The position numbers and the translations under genes were made by a program. From Octopus bimaculoides (taxonomy: Eukaryota), in NCBI RefSeq assembly GCF_001194135.2, contig NC_068995.1, positions 44,789,544 to 44,853,543 on the forward strand: DNA of 64,000 bases, given 5' to 3'. The stretch's first letter is position 1. Each line of letters starts with the position of its first letter. Of the stretch, positions 27,087 through 40,785 are shown piece by piece. Below the pieces are notes generated by a model. That model did no database searches. It saw only the letters and a list, made by a program, of their open reading frames with translations, and was not told the DNA's origin.

Positions 27087-27389
27087 TTAAACCCTTTAGC
27101 ATCGAGACTTTGTCAAATGTATTGCTTATTTATTCACATTGTTTTGAATTAATCACACATATTAGATTGTAGCTTCAAGATGTCAATGGTGTGTTTGTCT
27201 ATTTTTACTCTATCAAATGTAATCCTTATATATTTACATTATTTTGAATTACCCCTGCATGGTCTTGTAAGCTTTATCATTTCAATGATGTGACTCTTTA
27301 GGAATGACATTGTTGGGTGGCTGATTTGAACATGAAACAGGAAGAATATTTGGGTCGGACATGGTCAGTTTAATGGCTAATCAGTTTAA
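27087..27389 (+). mobile_element. piggyBac-type MITE (family E) with internal partial duplication
   Basis: TTAAACCCTTTAGCAT start. The internal CAAATGTA..CACATT..TTGAATTA..GTAGCTT segment occurs twice. Confidence 0.65.
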
Positions 27390-27525
27390 CAATTGTTGTT
27401 GTAAGAAGTGTAACAACTTCCTCTTAGAACTGTTGTTGTTGTTCCATGGTTCACCTCTCGTTAAGCAATGTTCGTGACTGTTGTTGCCATCATCAGATCA
27501 TTGTTGATATTATTCTCCTCTTTAC

Positions 27526-27761
27526 CAGGACTGTGGAGTCAAAGTAAAAAAACTTTGGACTCCGACTCCTCTACTATTGGCACCTCTGACTCTTCTTTAT
27601 GTAATTAGATGATTGTGGTCTGCATATCTCATAAAGCATATGCATGTGCTTCAGATAGGCCTATATGTTATAACTGGTTTATTATATTAAAGAATAAAGA
27701 CATTGTGAGTCGGAGTTGGTATTGTTTCCGATGACTCCACAACTCCGACTCCACAGCCCTA
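27526..27761. mobile_element. TIR-bearing MITE with GACTCC subterminal repeats (hAT-like?)
   Basis: CAGGACTGTGGAGTC ... GACTCCACAGCCCTA (13/15 inverted) with internal GACTCC/GGAGTC repeats. No clean TSD. Confidence 0.55.
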
Positions 27762-27815
27762 TTTAAACAGTCCTCCCCTTCACATGAATTTAAACTATTG
27801 CATTTTCACATCTTT

Positions 27816-28038
27816 TTAACCCTTCAGCATTCGCATAATTCTCTCAAATATAATGCTGATTTGTTCACATTGTTCTGAATTAATCATGCATTACTTTGTA
27901 GCTTTGAGATTTTGATGGTGTGATTGTTTATTTTTAGAATCACATTGTAGGGTAGGTGTGAGGGGCCAGTTGTGGCCAGCCTGAACATAGAGCAAGCAGA
28001 ATGTTTTAGCTGGATATGGCCAGTTTAAATACTAAAGG
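27816..28038 (+). mobile_element. piggyBac-type MITE (family E), right TIR disrupted by a hAT-like end
   Basis: TTAACCCTTCAGCATTC ... AATACTAAAGG, followed by GAGTGGTTCCCAAC. Confidence 0.7.
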
Positions 28039-28117
28039 AGTGGTTCCCAACTATTTTTTTTTACCTTCTACTCTACTGGATCCCTGCAGCCATTTGATGT
28101 TTTAAAAAATCCTATTG

Positions 28118-28500
28118 GTGTGGATGTGTGGTAAGGAGTTTGCTTCCCAACCACATGGTTCCGGGTTCAGTCCCACTGCATGACACCTTGGGCATGTGTC
28201 TTCTTTTATAGCCTCAGGTCGACCAAAGTCTCATGAGTGGAAACTGAAAGAAGCCTGTTGTGTGTGTGTGTGTGTATAGGTCTGTGTGTCTGTTTGCCCC
28301 TCCCCACCATCACTTGACAACTAACATTGGTGTGTTTACGTCCCTGTAACTTAGCAGTTCAGCAAAAGAGACTGATGAAATAAGTACTAGTCTTACAAAG
28401 AGTAAGTCCTGAGGTCAATTTCTTCCACTAAAAAACTCTTTAAGGCAGTGCTCCAGCATGGCTGCAGTCAAATGACTGAAACAAGTAAAAGAGTAAAAGA
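28118..28500 (+). mobile_element. SINE family B, near full length
   Basis: GTGTGGTAAG..TTGCTTCCCAACCACATGGTTCCGGGTTCAGTCCCACTG head, internal (TG)n, and GCTCCAGCATGGC..GACTGAAACAAGTAAAAGA tail. Confidence 0.85.
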
Positions 28501-28914
28501 ATTGTATTAAAAAAAAAATTGTTAAAATTGCATTTTATGTATTTGTTTTGCCAGATTCTTGATGTGAAATATTGTTATATTTGGGGACGGTCATTTTGCC
28601 AATAAAGACACGTGCACTGTTTATTTGATCTTCATTTTAGCTTTATTATTAGTTTATTTGTCAGAGTTCTTTCATCTGAGGAGACATAACAAGACCAGAG
28701 AAAAGAGGAGGCATAGAGAAGAACAGATAGATATTGAGGAGGCCACAGAATGTGTGATGACAAATAAACAAATAATAATGATAATGCTGAAATGAAGATG
28801 AAATAAATGTGTGTATTTGTTGTTAAAATATTTTGTGTATTAAGTATAACCAATATATTTCTCATGATTTTTAACAAGAAAATCTTGTATGGTCCTTGAT
28901 TGAAAACCCTTGAT

Positions 28915-29145
28915 TTAAAACATGTCCCCTTCTCACATCTATTTAAACTATTTCCTTATTTAAACTGTCCCCTTCTTGCATCTGTATAAACTGTCCCCTT
29001 CTCTCATGTATTTAAATTGCTCCCCCTGCCTCTTTCATCTATTTATACTGCCAGCACTAGCAACAATTTAAACTCTCCTCTCACAACTTAAACTGTCCCC
29101 TTCATCACCCCCACCTATTTAAACTATGCTGTCCCCTTTACACTG
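28915..29145. repeat. Degenerate ~27-bp minisatellite (TTTAAACTGTCCCCTTC core)
   Basis: About eight degenerate units; related units at 27761-27812. Confidence 0.65.
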
Positions 29146-32100
29146 TTAATAATTAAACTGGTGATGGTGGTAATCGGGAGGGGAGAGAGGTGGGAGAGAA
29201 ATGCTGATAATTTCTAAATGGTGTTTGCCATAATGGAATAAATATCTTTATCATATCTTGTGTCCAAATTGAATTTGTCTCCAAAGAAACTTAACACTTA
29301 ATTAATAAAAAAAAAAAAAAGGAAAATCAGCAACAAAAAAACCCAAAACTATTGAAAAAAAAAACAAGCAGCTGGGGGTAGGGATGAGAGGGAAGTTGCC
29401 CCCCTCCCTCCTCATACTTTTAATTTTTTTTTTAATTTAAAGAAAGAAATAAAAGCAAATGAAGGGAATTGTCCTGGCCGATTTAATTAAGTTTATGATG
29501 ACGAAACATTAATTAGAAACAAAAGAGAAAAAGCAACTTTTTTTTTTTTTAAATTTATTTTCATTTTGCAATATAAAATGTTGGAGGCATTTTGATTATA
29601 CGCTGGTTATCTTTAAAACTGTCAGAATTCTCATTTACCATTTCTACTTACTACTTAGACAAAGATTATTTCATATATATAATTAGACACACACACATGC
29701 ACGCACTCTCACATAGTGTATACATATACACACATATACATGTGTGTGTATATATATATATATATTAGTGTATATTAGTATACATACATGTCTTTTTCCT
29801 CTATTCTTTTCTTATTTATCTGTTTCTTTCACTTCTCACTCTCTTCTTTGCCTCCTCCCTCTCTAATAGTGTTTTTAATGTTCTTTTTAATAAAAACTTT
29901 CCTAGATTTATCACTAAATCCTCATTTCTCTCTGAGATTCAGTGAAGTGTCCAATTAAATCTGTCTCAATGTTCGCTAAGATATTCCAATGAAACAAAGT
30001 CAACCAGAAAATTGATTAGTTTTTATCATCATTGAATATTTAATTAAATTCTCTCTCATTTTGTGTTTTTCACCTTTCTGTTGCTGTGTCATCTCAGTTA
30101 TCCCCACTTTTGGTGTCAGAGGAGAGAACTCAGAAGATGGAGTTGTCATTGCTTTCACTTGTTATTGGGGTCCCTTTAGGGTCCAAGCTTAACATAAATA
30201 GATAGGCCCTGATGATTATGATGTTGTAGTGGTTGCTTTCTTTCACTTGGTAGTGAGGTCAGCTCAGGTAATGAGATCAACATCAACATTAAAGGCAAAT
30301 GGTTGACAATGGAGTGGGGGTGCAGATGGTGCAGTTAACTGTTTGTTGTTGTGAATAATACACTTTATTGACCCCAGTACATAACTGCTACTAACCCCTG
30401 AACAAGAAGAGGTAAAGTTGACTTTGATGTTTTGCAAACAGCTTGCACATGCAAGAGCTCCACATAGCAGAGGCCAGCAAGTGTATGGGGTCATCAGGAT
30501 TTGAACTCTGAACATAAGATGTAATGAAATACTGCAAGTCATTAATTATATTCTGCTGCACCACCATCTCTGTCACTCCATCTCTTCCACCATGCTACCC
30601 ATACACATGTAGAAAAAGGCCGGAAGGAGGAAGGGTGGAAGTAGTGTAACTTGTATATCATCCTTAGTATATTATTGTTATTATTGATTTTGTGTGTGTG
30701 TGTGTGTGTAACTATTCTTATCTGACAATTCGTTTACCATTCTCTTGTTTGTCAAGTTTTCTGACTATAAATGCCTCTCACAATATAGAAACATACCTCA
30801 TGGCACCAGCAGACAAAATGGAAAAGGCGTTGCCCCTGGAGGATGGTCAGGGAGATGCACTGGAACAGCGACTCTGACTCGCAGGGCCTCGCACTTGCGG
30901 ACAGCAATCTCCACCCCAATAGCAGTGAGCAAAGACATGGTCCAAAGGCCAAGAATGTCAGAGGTCTTAACTACCATAGGCTCGACCATAAACCTGTTGG
31001 GGAGCGACTGATACCTTGACAGATTGATTTCATCAGCTCTTAAACAATGGCTCCAGCAGGATTTGAACTCAAAATATGAAGAAGAGACATTGTTAACTAA
31101 TACAAAGGAGCATTGCTAAAGAGTACAAGAGGGCGTTATCTAAATTTTTTTTTGTTTCCTCACTCACAATATCAAACAGATATGAGACACAGTTCCTGCT
31201 GGATAGGATTTTGTCTATCAGTGGAGAATTTCCTGTGTTGGACTGAGGCAGGTAGAACTATATTGCCTACAAAGAAAGAGAGAGAGAGATAATGTTTAGG
31301 GTAGGATGGGGTAGGAATAATGCCACTGCGAGGAATTATGGACTTACATTCTCTGGATTGATAATTCCTAAGTCCTTTAATCTACCAGCTACTTAATATT
31401 ATTGATTCAGCTATTGTTGACAGCCAAGCAGTAGCAGAAGTATAGTCAGGCAACAGGGTGTTTGAATTGTCTGTTGTGTTTTCCAACTGTAAGCCATTGG
31501 TTACTGTGTTTCTTCCAAGTAAGCCTGGATTATCATATTAGAAACTGCTCATGGAGGTAAAGTAGCTGAGTTCCTTTCGAGTGTTGGGCTTCACGGAGAC
31601 AATGACTGAGACCTTTGGCATTGTGTTGTGCTTGAGAAGAAGACCCCTCAAGGCGAGCAAAATTGCAGTTGTGGCAGGTACCAGTGTCACACAAATTGGC
31701 ACCCATGCTGGTGCCATGCAAAAGCACCCATTACTCTCTCAGTGTGGTTGGTGTTAGGAAGAGCATCCACTCATAGAAAACCATGCCAAATAAGACTGGA
31801 GTCTGATGCAGCCTTCTAGTGTGCCAGCCTGGTCAAACTGTCCAACCCATGCCAGCATGGACAACGGATGTTAAATGATGATGATATACATATATATATA
31901 TATGGGTGTAATGTGTACCATTGCTGCCTGTTTTCACCAGGACAGCTCTTCCTCTCTTTCTTCTTCATTTATTTATCACCCCCCACACAGAGAATAAGTT
32001 GCTTCAATTAAATATTATTAATAGTTTGTATTAAAAAAAATTGTTGAAATGTTTGGTGCCTTGTAGAAAAATAACCAGTTTATTGCATATAAATTTTTAC

Positions 32101-32378
32101 GACAAAATCTTATAGGGACCCCTAAAAGTCATTTGGACCCTGTTTGAGAACCACTGACTTGGCAGCATCAAAAGCCACATGTCCTGTACATTGTTTAGCT
32201 ATGCTAACCTCTACAACAAAGCAGCGTAACTCTTGAACATCTGAAGACTTAAGAAGCCAAGTAGCTATGATGTATATAATGATGTGAAAGACATCCAAAC
32301 TAGCGTTCAAACAGGAATAAATGGGAATGAGTAGGAGAACCACCAAGAGTGGTACTAGTAGTATTAATATGGTAAATG

Positions 32379-32426
<48 letters not shown>

Positions 32427-32724
32427 GTTATTAGACAAGAGAAGATAGAAATAACTTGATAAATTCTCATGAAATTTGATTAAAGCTGCAATATATAATA
32501 GAAAACATGAGGTGTGATGTGTAACACACATGACCTTCCTGTCTGTTTCTCTGACTATTATGCTCCCCCCTCCCCCTCCTCCTCTCTCTCTTTCTCCCTC
32601 TACGTCTCTCTCTTTTTCTCTCTCTCTCTCTTTCTCTCTTTCTCTCTCTCTCTCTCCTGTCTCTCTCTCTCTCCTGTCTCTCTCTCTCTCTCTCCTGTCT
32701 CTTTTCTTTCCTTTCTTTTAATGT

Positions 32725-32938
32725 CTAACTCTTTAGCATTCAGATTATTTTGTCAAATGTAATGCTTATTCATTCTCCTCGTTTCGGATAATCATGTATT
32801 ATCTTGTAGCTTCAAGATTACGATTGTATATTTTTAGACTGTAGAGTAGGTGTTAGTGACAGGATGTGGCTGATTTCAATGTAAAGCAAGTAGAATATTT
32901 GCGCTGGATATGATCAGTTTGAATACTGAAAGGTTTAA
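32725..32938 (+). mobile_element. piggyBac-type MITE (family E)
   Basis: CTAACTCTTTAGCATTCAGATT ... AATACTGAAAGGTTTAA. Confidence 0.7.
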
Positions 32939-32960
32939 TTGTTTTTAAACGACAGTTCTG

Positions 32961-33184
32961 TTAACTTTCTAACATTTAAACTGGCCATGTCTGGCCCAAA
33001 TATCCTGACTATTTTATAATCAAATCGGCCAGATTTGGCCTCTTATACCTACCCTACAATGTCACACTAAAATTAATCACATCGTTGAACTCTGAAAGCT
33101 ATCAGATGATGCATGATTAATTAAAAATTTTGTGAATAAACAAGTATTACATTTGCCGGAGTAATCTGAATGCTGAAAGGTTAA
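32961..33184 (-). mobile_element. piggyBac-type MITE (family E), inverted relative to its neighbour
   Basis: Internal sequence is the reverse complement of family E (CCTACCCTACAATGTCA.., TAATCTGAATGCTGAAAGG-TTAA). Confidence 0.75.
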
Positions 33185-33689
33185 ACATTGGCTAAATATT
33201 TAAGTCTTTGGCTAAATAGCTGGTTTGACTTCGGCTTTGGCTAACTGGCTGTAGTCTTGGATATATTTGTATGTAGCTCATACAGTGGATCCAACTTAAA
33301 ACATTGTTCTATTTACCTCAGTCAACTTGGCTGTAAAACAGCTCCCACAATGTAAAGAAAGAATTTTCAGACAAATTGCTTATTCTAGTTTCTTATGAAA
33401 AATTAGGGATGAATGTCAAATGTCAAGAACGAGAGACAAGGCTAGAATCTGCTGGTTTACATTCCCAAATATCTTAGAAAAGTCATGTTTTCTTTTCATT
33501 GAAGTATTTTAATATTTCTCATTATTGATAATTAACATTAATTATTAATAATAAACTCCTTAAATACCAGCTTGGCTAGAAAATATGTTTGCTACTTCAT
33601 GTGGTTGTGGTCTTATTCTTGTTATATGATAGTCTAAGAAGACAGATAAATAACTCTACTCAACTTTGTCATCATAGGTATAGGCTTGG

Positions 33690-34066
33690 ATATGTGTGGT
33701 GAGAAGCTTGCTTCCCAACTGCGTGGTTCCAGGTTTAGTCCCATTTGCATGCCACCTTGGGCAAGTGTCTTGCTGACTAAAACCTTGTGAGTAGATTTTG
33801 TAGAAACTGGAAAAAACCTGTTCTATATATAGATGTGTGTGTGTGTGTGTGTATGTGTTTTTGTACATTTATCCCCCACCATTATTTGACAACCAGTGTT
33901 GGTTTGTTTATATCCTTGTAACATCCCTGGGCAAAAAGAGACCAATAGCATAAGTATGAGGCTTTAAAAAATAAACATTGGAGTTGATTTGTATGACTAA
34001 AAACCTGTTAGAGAGGGCTGCCCCAGCACAGCTGCAGTCCAATGACTGAAACAAGTAAAAGATAAG
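33690..34066 (+). mobile_element. SINE family B
   Basis: Head, (TG)n and GACTGAAACAAGTAAAAGA tail. Confidence 0.8.
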
Positions 34067-36031
34067 ACATGTTAGTCAGCTGGCTGGTAAACAGGGAACA
34101 GCAGTGGATTTTATTTATTTATAACTTGCTGTGTTTATAAGAAAGATCAGTGGCACTGGTTTTTGCAGAGCCTCCAAGACTGGTTGGGAATGCTATTTAC
34201 ACTGCTGTAAGCTGACCCTTGCAGGGAGGGAATTTCAGAGGGCCAGTGTTCTGAAGAGGAAGAACTTGGCTTAGTTATTAGTGGAGGGTATGGGAGGAAT
34301 GGATGGGTGAATCAGTGTGTGTGTGTGTGTGTGTGTGTAAGAGATAGAAAGAGAAAGTATGTTAAACAGGAGGGGAAGAAGAGTATGAAATAAAAAATAA
34401 AATGAAGCACACAGTGCCTTAAAAAGTTGTATAACTTGGGCATTACGTGTTAAAAGTTTTGAATATTGGTTCTTCATTATTGCAATTTTGGTCCAGTTTT
34501 CATCAGCTAGTCATGTAACAGTTTTCTCAGCTAGTCATGTAACATGATTGGTGGTACATCAGCTCTTGTATTCTGTAAAATGACAATGTTCTTGAGGTGA
34601 CTCTTGGCGTTGGTGGCATAGCAACTAACCAGCTTGTAGTGGAGGGCTTTCAACTTGGGGGGGGCCTATGGACAATTTCAAGGAAATGGGTTTGGTGCCA
34701 AAACAGCTATACCCAATAGTTAGTGGTTGTGTGTGTGTGTGTGTGCAGTAGTAGTGGTGGTGGTGGTGGTGGCTGTGTGTTAGTTTTGCTGATAAAATAT
34801 CTGACTTACTTCATTGCCCCTGTCATTGATTAATTAATTACCAATTGAAATAAGCCATTAATTCATGCCCAATTTACACATTACTTAACCAAATAAAATA
34901 TTTTTGTTACTACCACTTCTAAATGCATTATTCCATTTTCTTGACTTGGGTTTGTGAGCACAGATTTACAAATGGGGATGTCCAAATCTGTTGCAGGCTT
35001 GCCGGTACCCAACGAATCTGATTTGGAACAAAAAGACATGCGCATAGAGGCTGCATGGGAAGATAGGCTCATCAGGCAGGTACAAGGGGATTTCTTAAGG
35101 GAGTCCTTGTATGTCTTCTTTGGTACTCTTCTAACATGGTGACCAGAAGAGAGTTCACCATACAGTGTGATCTTTGAAAGTTGACGATCCAGGTGAAGAT
35201 GAGTAGTAGAGATTGATGACTAAAGAAGGGTGGGCATGGGTAGATGGAGGGCCAAGAGTGTAATAGTAGGTAGAGGCTGACTGGTTTTGAGCTTTTAATT
35301 CAAATACTGACTTCAAATTTTGGCACAAGGCCAGCTATTTCAAGGAGGACAGAGTAAGTTTATTACATCAATTCCTGTACTTAACTGACCTCAGAAGGAT
35401 GAAAGGCAAAGTCAACCTCAGCAGAATTTGAACCGAGAACATAAAGGCAGAGGAATTGTCATGATGCATTTTGTCTGATGTGTTAACGATCTGCCAGCTT
35501 GCTGCTTTTTAATTAAGATATTGACATGTTTTATGTAAGATGGATTTTAGTGAGGTAGCTTATTTATCTGGCGCCAGGAGGAAGTAGTCTATCTCTTTGT
35601 GGCATCATTGGCTAATATGGCTTGTGAAACCTTTTGAAATATTCTTCTCACTGTTGGTGAGAGACTATATTTAGCTAACCTAAAAATGTTGTTTAGGCCC
35701 TAGTTAGCACTGATCTTAGAAACCTTTGGATCAAAGCATTCCAGCTTTGACCATTGCCACTTCATTTTCAGGTGATGTATCTAGGATCATTATCCAAATT
35801 GTATCTGTAGGATGGGACGGAAAGGGGTAGTTGAGACAGGAAGGTACTGGTGACCGTCATTCTGTGGAGTGTTTCAGACTTACCATATGCCACTTGAAGA
35901 ATTAGAATTGCGAATTGCATGTGAGGAACTTTGTTAGTTAATATCTTATCCTGAGGACATTGGAGGGTTTCTGTTTGGCAGTGGTGGAGGATTTTAAACA
36001 ACCTCCACTATACACAAACTCTTTTTCTCTC

Positions 36032-36084
<53 letters not shown>

Positions 36085-38442
36085 CCTTGTTGCTATGAGA
36101 CAACAGATGGAGGTGGGGGGGAAACATAACAAAGACAAACAATAATCTGGGTGGGGGGTCTGAGTTGAAAAGGTCAAGAAAGGTCAGTAAGTGCTTGTGG
36201 TAGAAAGTAAATTGATTAATTAAAAAAAAAAAAGAACTTTCTGAACAGAAATTGAAACATTAAAAAAAAAAAGAGGTTGGGATGGGGCAATGAGGGAGGG
36301 AATGTTTAAATTTGATTCAGATTTGTTCGTTGACTATTTTTACCATGTGATTAGTGAAGAAACCTTAAAATATCATTGAGCAGCCAGTCGGTCTTTATGG
36401 AGAGGAAATGGATATCAACATGGCTATTTATAGGAGATATTTTTTCCTGGTTGACTTATATTTATACACTGAGTGACATATGTCATTTGCATATATGGGA
36501 GAAATCTACACCACATACACACATATACAGTGTATGCACTTGTACATAAGGTGAAAATCTACACTATGTGCACACACATACACACACACACATTGATATA
36601 TATGCAAATGCCATATACATACACATATGGTGATAATCTACACCTCTGCCACAGACACATTTATATACACACCATGCACACAAACATACATGCAAATACC
36701 ATACACACATGCACACTGTCATACATACAAAACATCATCATCATCATCGTCGTCGTTTAACATCCACTTTCCATGTTAGCATAGTTTGGACGATTTGACT
36801 GAGGACTGGTGAAATGGTGAAACCAGATGACTACACCAGGCTCGTCCTGTGTACTCTTGTGTTACGCTTTAAACTACCTTAACTATGGAATGAAATGGAA
36901 GAAATAACTGAAACTTGAAGATGTATAAATTTATGGTTCAAAATTGGAAAAATGAGAAAATTTATGGAATGTGAAGTTTCCACAAACCCTACTAGTTCGT
37001 ATAAAATTCTGGTTTCCTGTATTAATATAACACCTTTCAACCATTTTTCTTCAGTGTTCTCAGCCCATTACTCACCTTTGTCAATTACATATAGGTAAAG
37101 ACAACAAGAATATAGTGGCACTTTGTCAAAATTAATTTTGTTATTACTACAACCTTCAAAGCAGCAAGCTGTCAGAATTATTAGCATGCCAGGCAAAATG
37201 TTTTGTGGTAGTTTGAGTTCAAATTCCAAGTTTGACTTTGTCTTTCATCCTTTTGGGGTCAATACACTAAGTAACAGCTGAGCACTGAGGTCGATGTAAT
37301 TGGCATACCTGCTCCCCCAAACTTGCTGGATTCGTTCCAAAATTTGGAACTGTTATTACAATAATCTTCATTACTTCCTTTCATTTGTCTGTTACATTCT
37401 TTCTTTGTCTTCAGACTGCAATTTGCTTCAAACTATTGTGCAATTTACCTCTGAACCTTTCCGGTTATGAAACTGGACGGAGCTTACATTAACTGATCCC
37501 TTTTCCATGTCCACGACTGAATCCAGCAAACTGGACACAAACTTGTCCTGGGTGTCACACAATTAAACATTGCCATTACATTACATAATGGAGGGTATGA
37601 AGTATATTGTTCATTTGCCCCATAGGACTGACTCTCTCTTTGCATCAACAACACCATCTCACTAATATGGCCAAGAAACAGTGTAACTGGACCTCTTGAT
37701 GGAGCTGATAGATTTTCCAGTTTGATAAACTACTTATTCTGTGCCACATAAAACTCACCCAGTCCATTCTGTTAAGTAGTTGGCATTAAGAAGGGCATCC
37801 AGCCATAAAAAAACCCACATCAAAGTAGACCTTGCTAGTACTGGTGCCACGTTAAAAGCACTTAGTCCACTCTGTAAAGTGGCTAGCTTTAGGGAGGGCA
37901 TCCAGCCATAAAAACCATGCTTGGCGCAGTCCTCTGGCTTGCCAGCTTCTGTTAAACCATTCAACTCATGCTGTCATGGAAGACAGACGTTAGATGATGA
38001 TGATTTAGAGGCCGAGTATACCAGACACCTGTGCCATTAATGTAATCCACAGCTGTTGTTATAGTGAGGGTGATTGAGTACCCCTCTCCTCATAAATCTT
38101 TATGAAGTTATGCTTCACTACACATCACTGACTCAGTCATCCATACAGTATATTTTTCACATCACTGCAATCTGCCTCTTCTAGCAATCTCTATGTAGAT
38201 GTCAATGACTCTTTCAGTCTCAGATTAGTGAGGGTTGGGAAAAAACTTAAAGCATGTTGTGTATGACGACGACAACAACAACGCCATTGTCATATGAGAA
38301 GTGCAAGGGAGTCCATAATATTCCCACAACACTATATATATATATTAATAGCAGTCACAGAAGTGATGGCGGGTGCTGACTAACACTGCTCATGGTTCTA
38401 TTAATTTTGCCTTTAGGTTCTAATTGGTAATAAGCCACCCTT

Positions 38443-38474
<32 letters not shown>

Positions 38475-40324
38475 CTGTATATATTTATTTAGCAGAAGTA
38501 ACAGAGTAGCTCAAAGCAAAGAGTTTCATATGTTTGCACTTAGGAAACTGGTTTTAGATCAAGGGGTTGTAACTAGTTTGATAAATGCTAATGCATTAAG
38601 CCCTCAGCCCTTGAGTCACTCTGTTGCTTCTGCTAAAACTTAAACTTATGTTTTGAGTTCTATTTTCCTGTTTGCATCACCAAACCTATACATATATACA
38701 TATACACACACACACACACATACACACACACTCACTCACTACTCCCCCTCTTCCTCTTCCTCCTCCTGGATTAAAGCTGGTCTTCTTTGTGCTAACATAG
38801 ACGTTGTTAACAAAATTAAATGCTATTAGAAAGAATGTTACTGATTATTATTGTTTTTTGTCATTTCCTATGTTAACCTAACAATCTCTAATAGTTTTTT
38901 CCCCAAGTATACCTGACCCATTACCTACCTTTTGTAAGGTGACAAGAAAATTACAGCAACAGTTTGTCACAATTAGTGCTGCTAATTACTATAATCTTCA
39001 CCGCTATTTGTTAGTCTCTTATGTTCTTCCTTTGTCTTCCTACAGCAAGTTATTTCAACAATTCATCTCACTCATTCACTCTGCCTTCTTTCAATTTGGA
39101 GGAGTATCCCTTCCTTGCCGTTTCATTACCATTGAACCTTTTTGTAAACTATTGTCAAACTATTCCATAAAGATACCTCCAAATAATTTTGTAATTTACT
39201 GCAAAACTCTTTTGCAATTTGCTGCCAAACTGTTCTGTAAGCTGCTACCTAACCGTTCTGTAAGTTACCAATAAACATCATTATCATTATCATCATTTAG
39301 CGTCTGCTTTCTATGCTGGCATGGGTTAGACGGTTTCACTGGAACTGGTAAGCCAGAGAGCTGCACCAAGTTCCAGTCTGATTTAGCATGGCTTCTACAG
39401 TTGGATGCCCTTCCTAACATCATCATCATTTAACACCCACTTTCCATGCTGGCATGGGGTAGACAGTTTGACTGGAACTTAGTTTTTGTATGCACTGTCA
39501 CTAGCTACCAACATCATTGATAATGTTAAAGTTGTGAGCTGACAGAACCGTTAACATGCAGAGCAAAATGTTTAGAAGTAGATGCAGTGTTAAATGAGTA
39601 GTTTAGAGCAAAGTGTTCAGAGAGTATGCCTATTTCAGGTTCAATATTCATTGACAACACCAAGCAGTTACTTAAAAATATGGTTATTGTGAAGATTTGT
39701 GGGCTTACAGTTTGGTGGTTTAGAACATTTAAAATATAGCATGGCATTTGTCTGGCAAATGTATTGGATATTGAGGCTGATGAAAAATGATAATGGAATT
39801 TGCTCACAATTTCTGATAATGAGTTTTTCAGTCATTCAGTCACTGAATTAGCATGTATTTTACTATTAATGTAATTCTTAGATGGAATGAATATGACAAG
39901 ACTAGACCTTTTGAATTATTGGGTTTCCTTATAGCTTCCATCTACTCTGTTTCACAATGCGGGGTTGATCTGAGGCTATAATAAAAGACTCTTACCCATG
40001 ATGCCACACAGATTGAACTCTGGATCTTGTGATTGAGAATCAAAGATTTTAACCATTCAGCCATAGTGTTCTATAGCTGAATATTTGATGACTTGGTTAA
40101 AAAAAAAAACGTAATTTTGTTGGTTTTGTAAGAATAAATAGTCAATACACTGACATATTTGATAATCTGGCTCTACCCTGAGTCCAAAGGGGTTGGATTA
40201 ACAGAACTGTATTGTCTCTGAATAGGAGTCAGGTAACTGCATGCTGGATATGAATGACCATCATAAGAAATGATTAAGTTTCACAGTCCTGCTTAGACTA
40301 TCATGTGACTGGAATTGGCATAAC

Positions 40325-40462
40325 ATACCATTAACTTCAGCACCAAGCTACAAGGCTGATCATGTGACCATAGCTGGCACGATACAACGTTATCTTCAGC
40401 ACCAAGCCACAAAGACTGATCATGTGTCTATGGTAAGATACCATTATCTTCAGCACCAAGCT
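40325..40462. repeat. Tandem repeat, ~55-60-bp period, about 2.4 units
   Basis: TTA(A/T)CTTCAGCACCAAGC occurs three times and CTGATCATGTG twice. Confidence 0.8.
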
Positions 40463-40753
40463 AGAAAACATCAAAGAATAATAAACTCTGTATATGATTG
40501 GTCTAATATAGAAGCCAATTGGTTCAATCAATCAGTTACTTTGGCGCCACAAGCAAAGACAGTTCTTTTGACAGGAAATTAAAGCAGGAATCTTCATTTC
40601 TAAGAAACCAATACAACATAGACTAATCAAAGCTCACTGTTTGGTCAGGTATTGATCTCTTTAACTTTTTTTTTCTTTATTGATTTAACAATTGCAATCC
40701 ATTTCCTTTTAACCAAATTGACACTGGTTTTTCTACATATTTCTGGTGTGCAT

Positions 40754-40785
<32 letters not shown>

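Noticed and set aside
30780-31015. GC-richer segment with several short ORFs (similar at 34930-35260)
   Set aside because: No recognisable protein motif or consistent splice sites.
28038-32157. hAT-like left end (28038) and right end (32157) as one 4-kb element
   Set aside because: The flanking 8-mers do not match as a TSD and there is no transposase between them.
37066-37080. Perfect minus-strand donor AAG|GTGAGT
   Set aside because: No matching acceptor or coding exon; expected by chance in 64 kb.
40325-40462. Tandem minus-strand CTGAAGA motifs resembling tandem HHRs or a CRISPR-like array
   Set aside because: No GAAA after the hairpins, the 'spacers' are homologous to each other, and there is no cas context in a eukaryotic genome.
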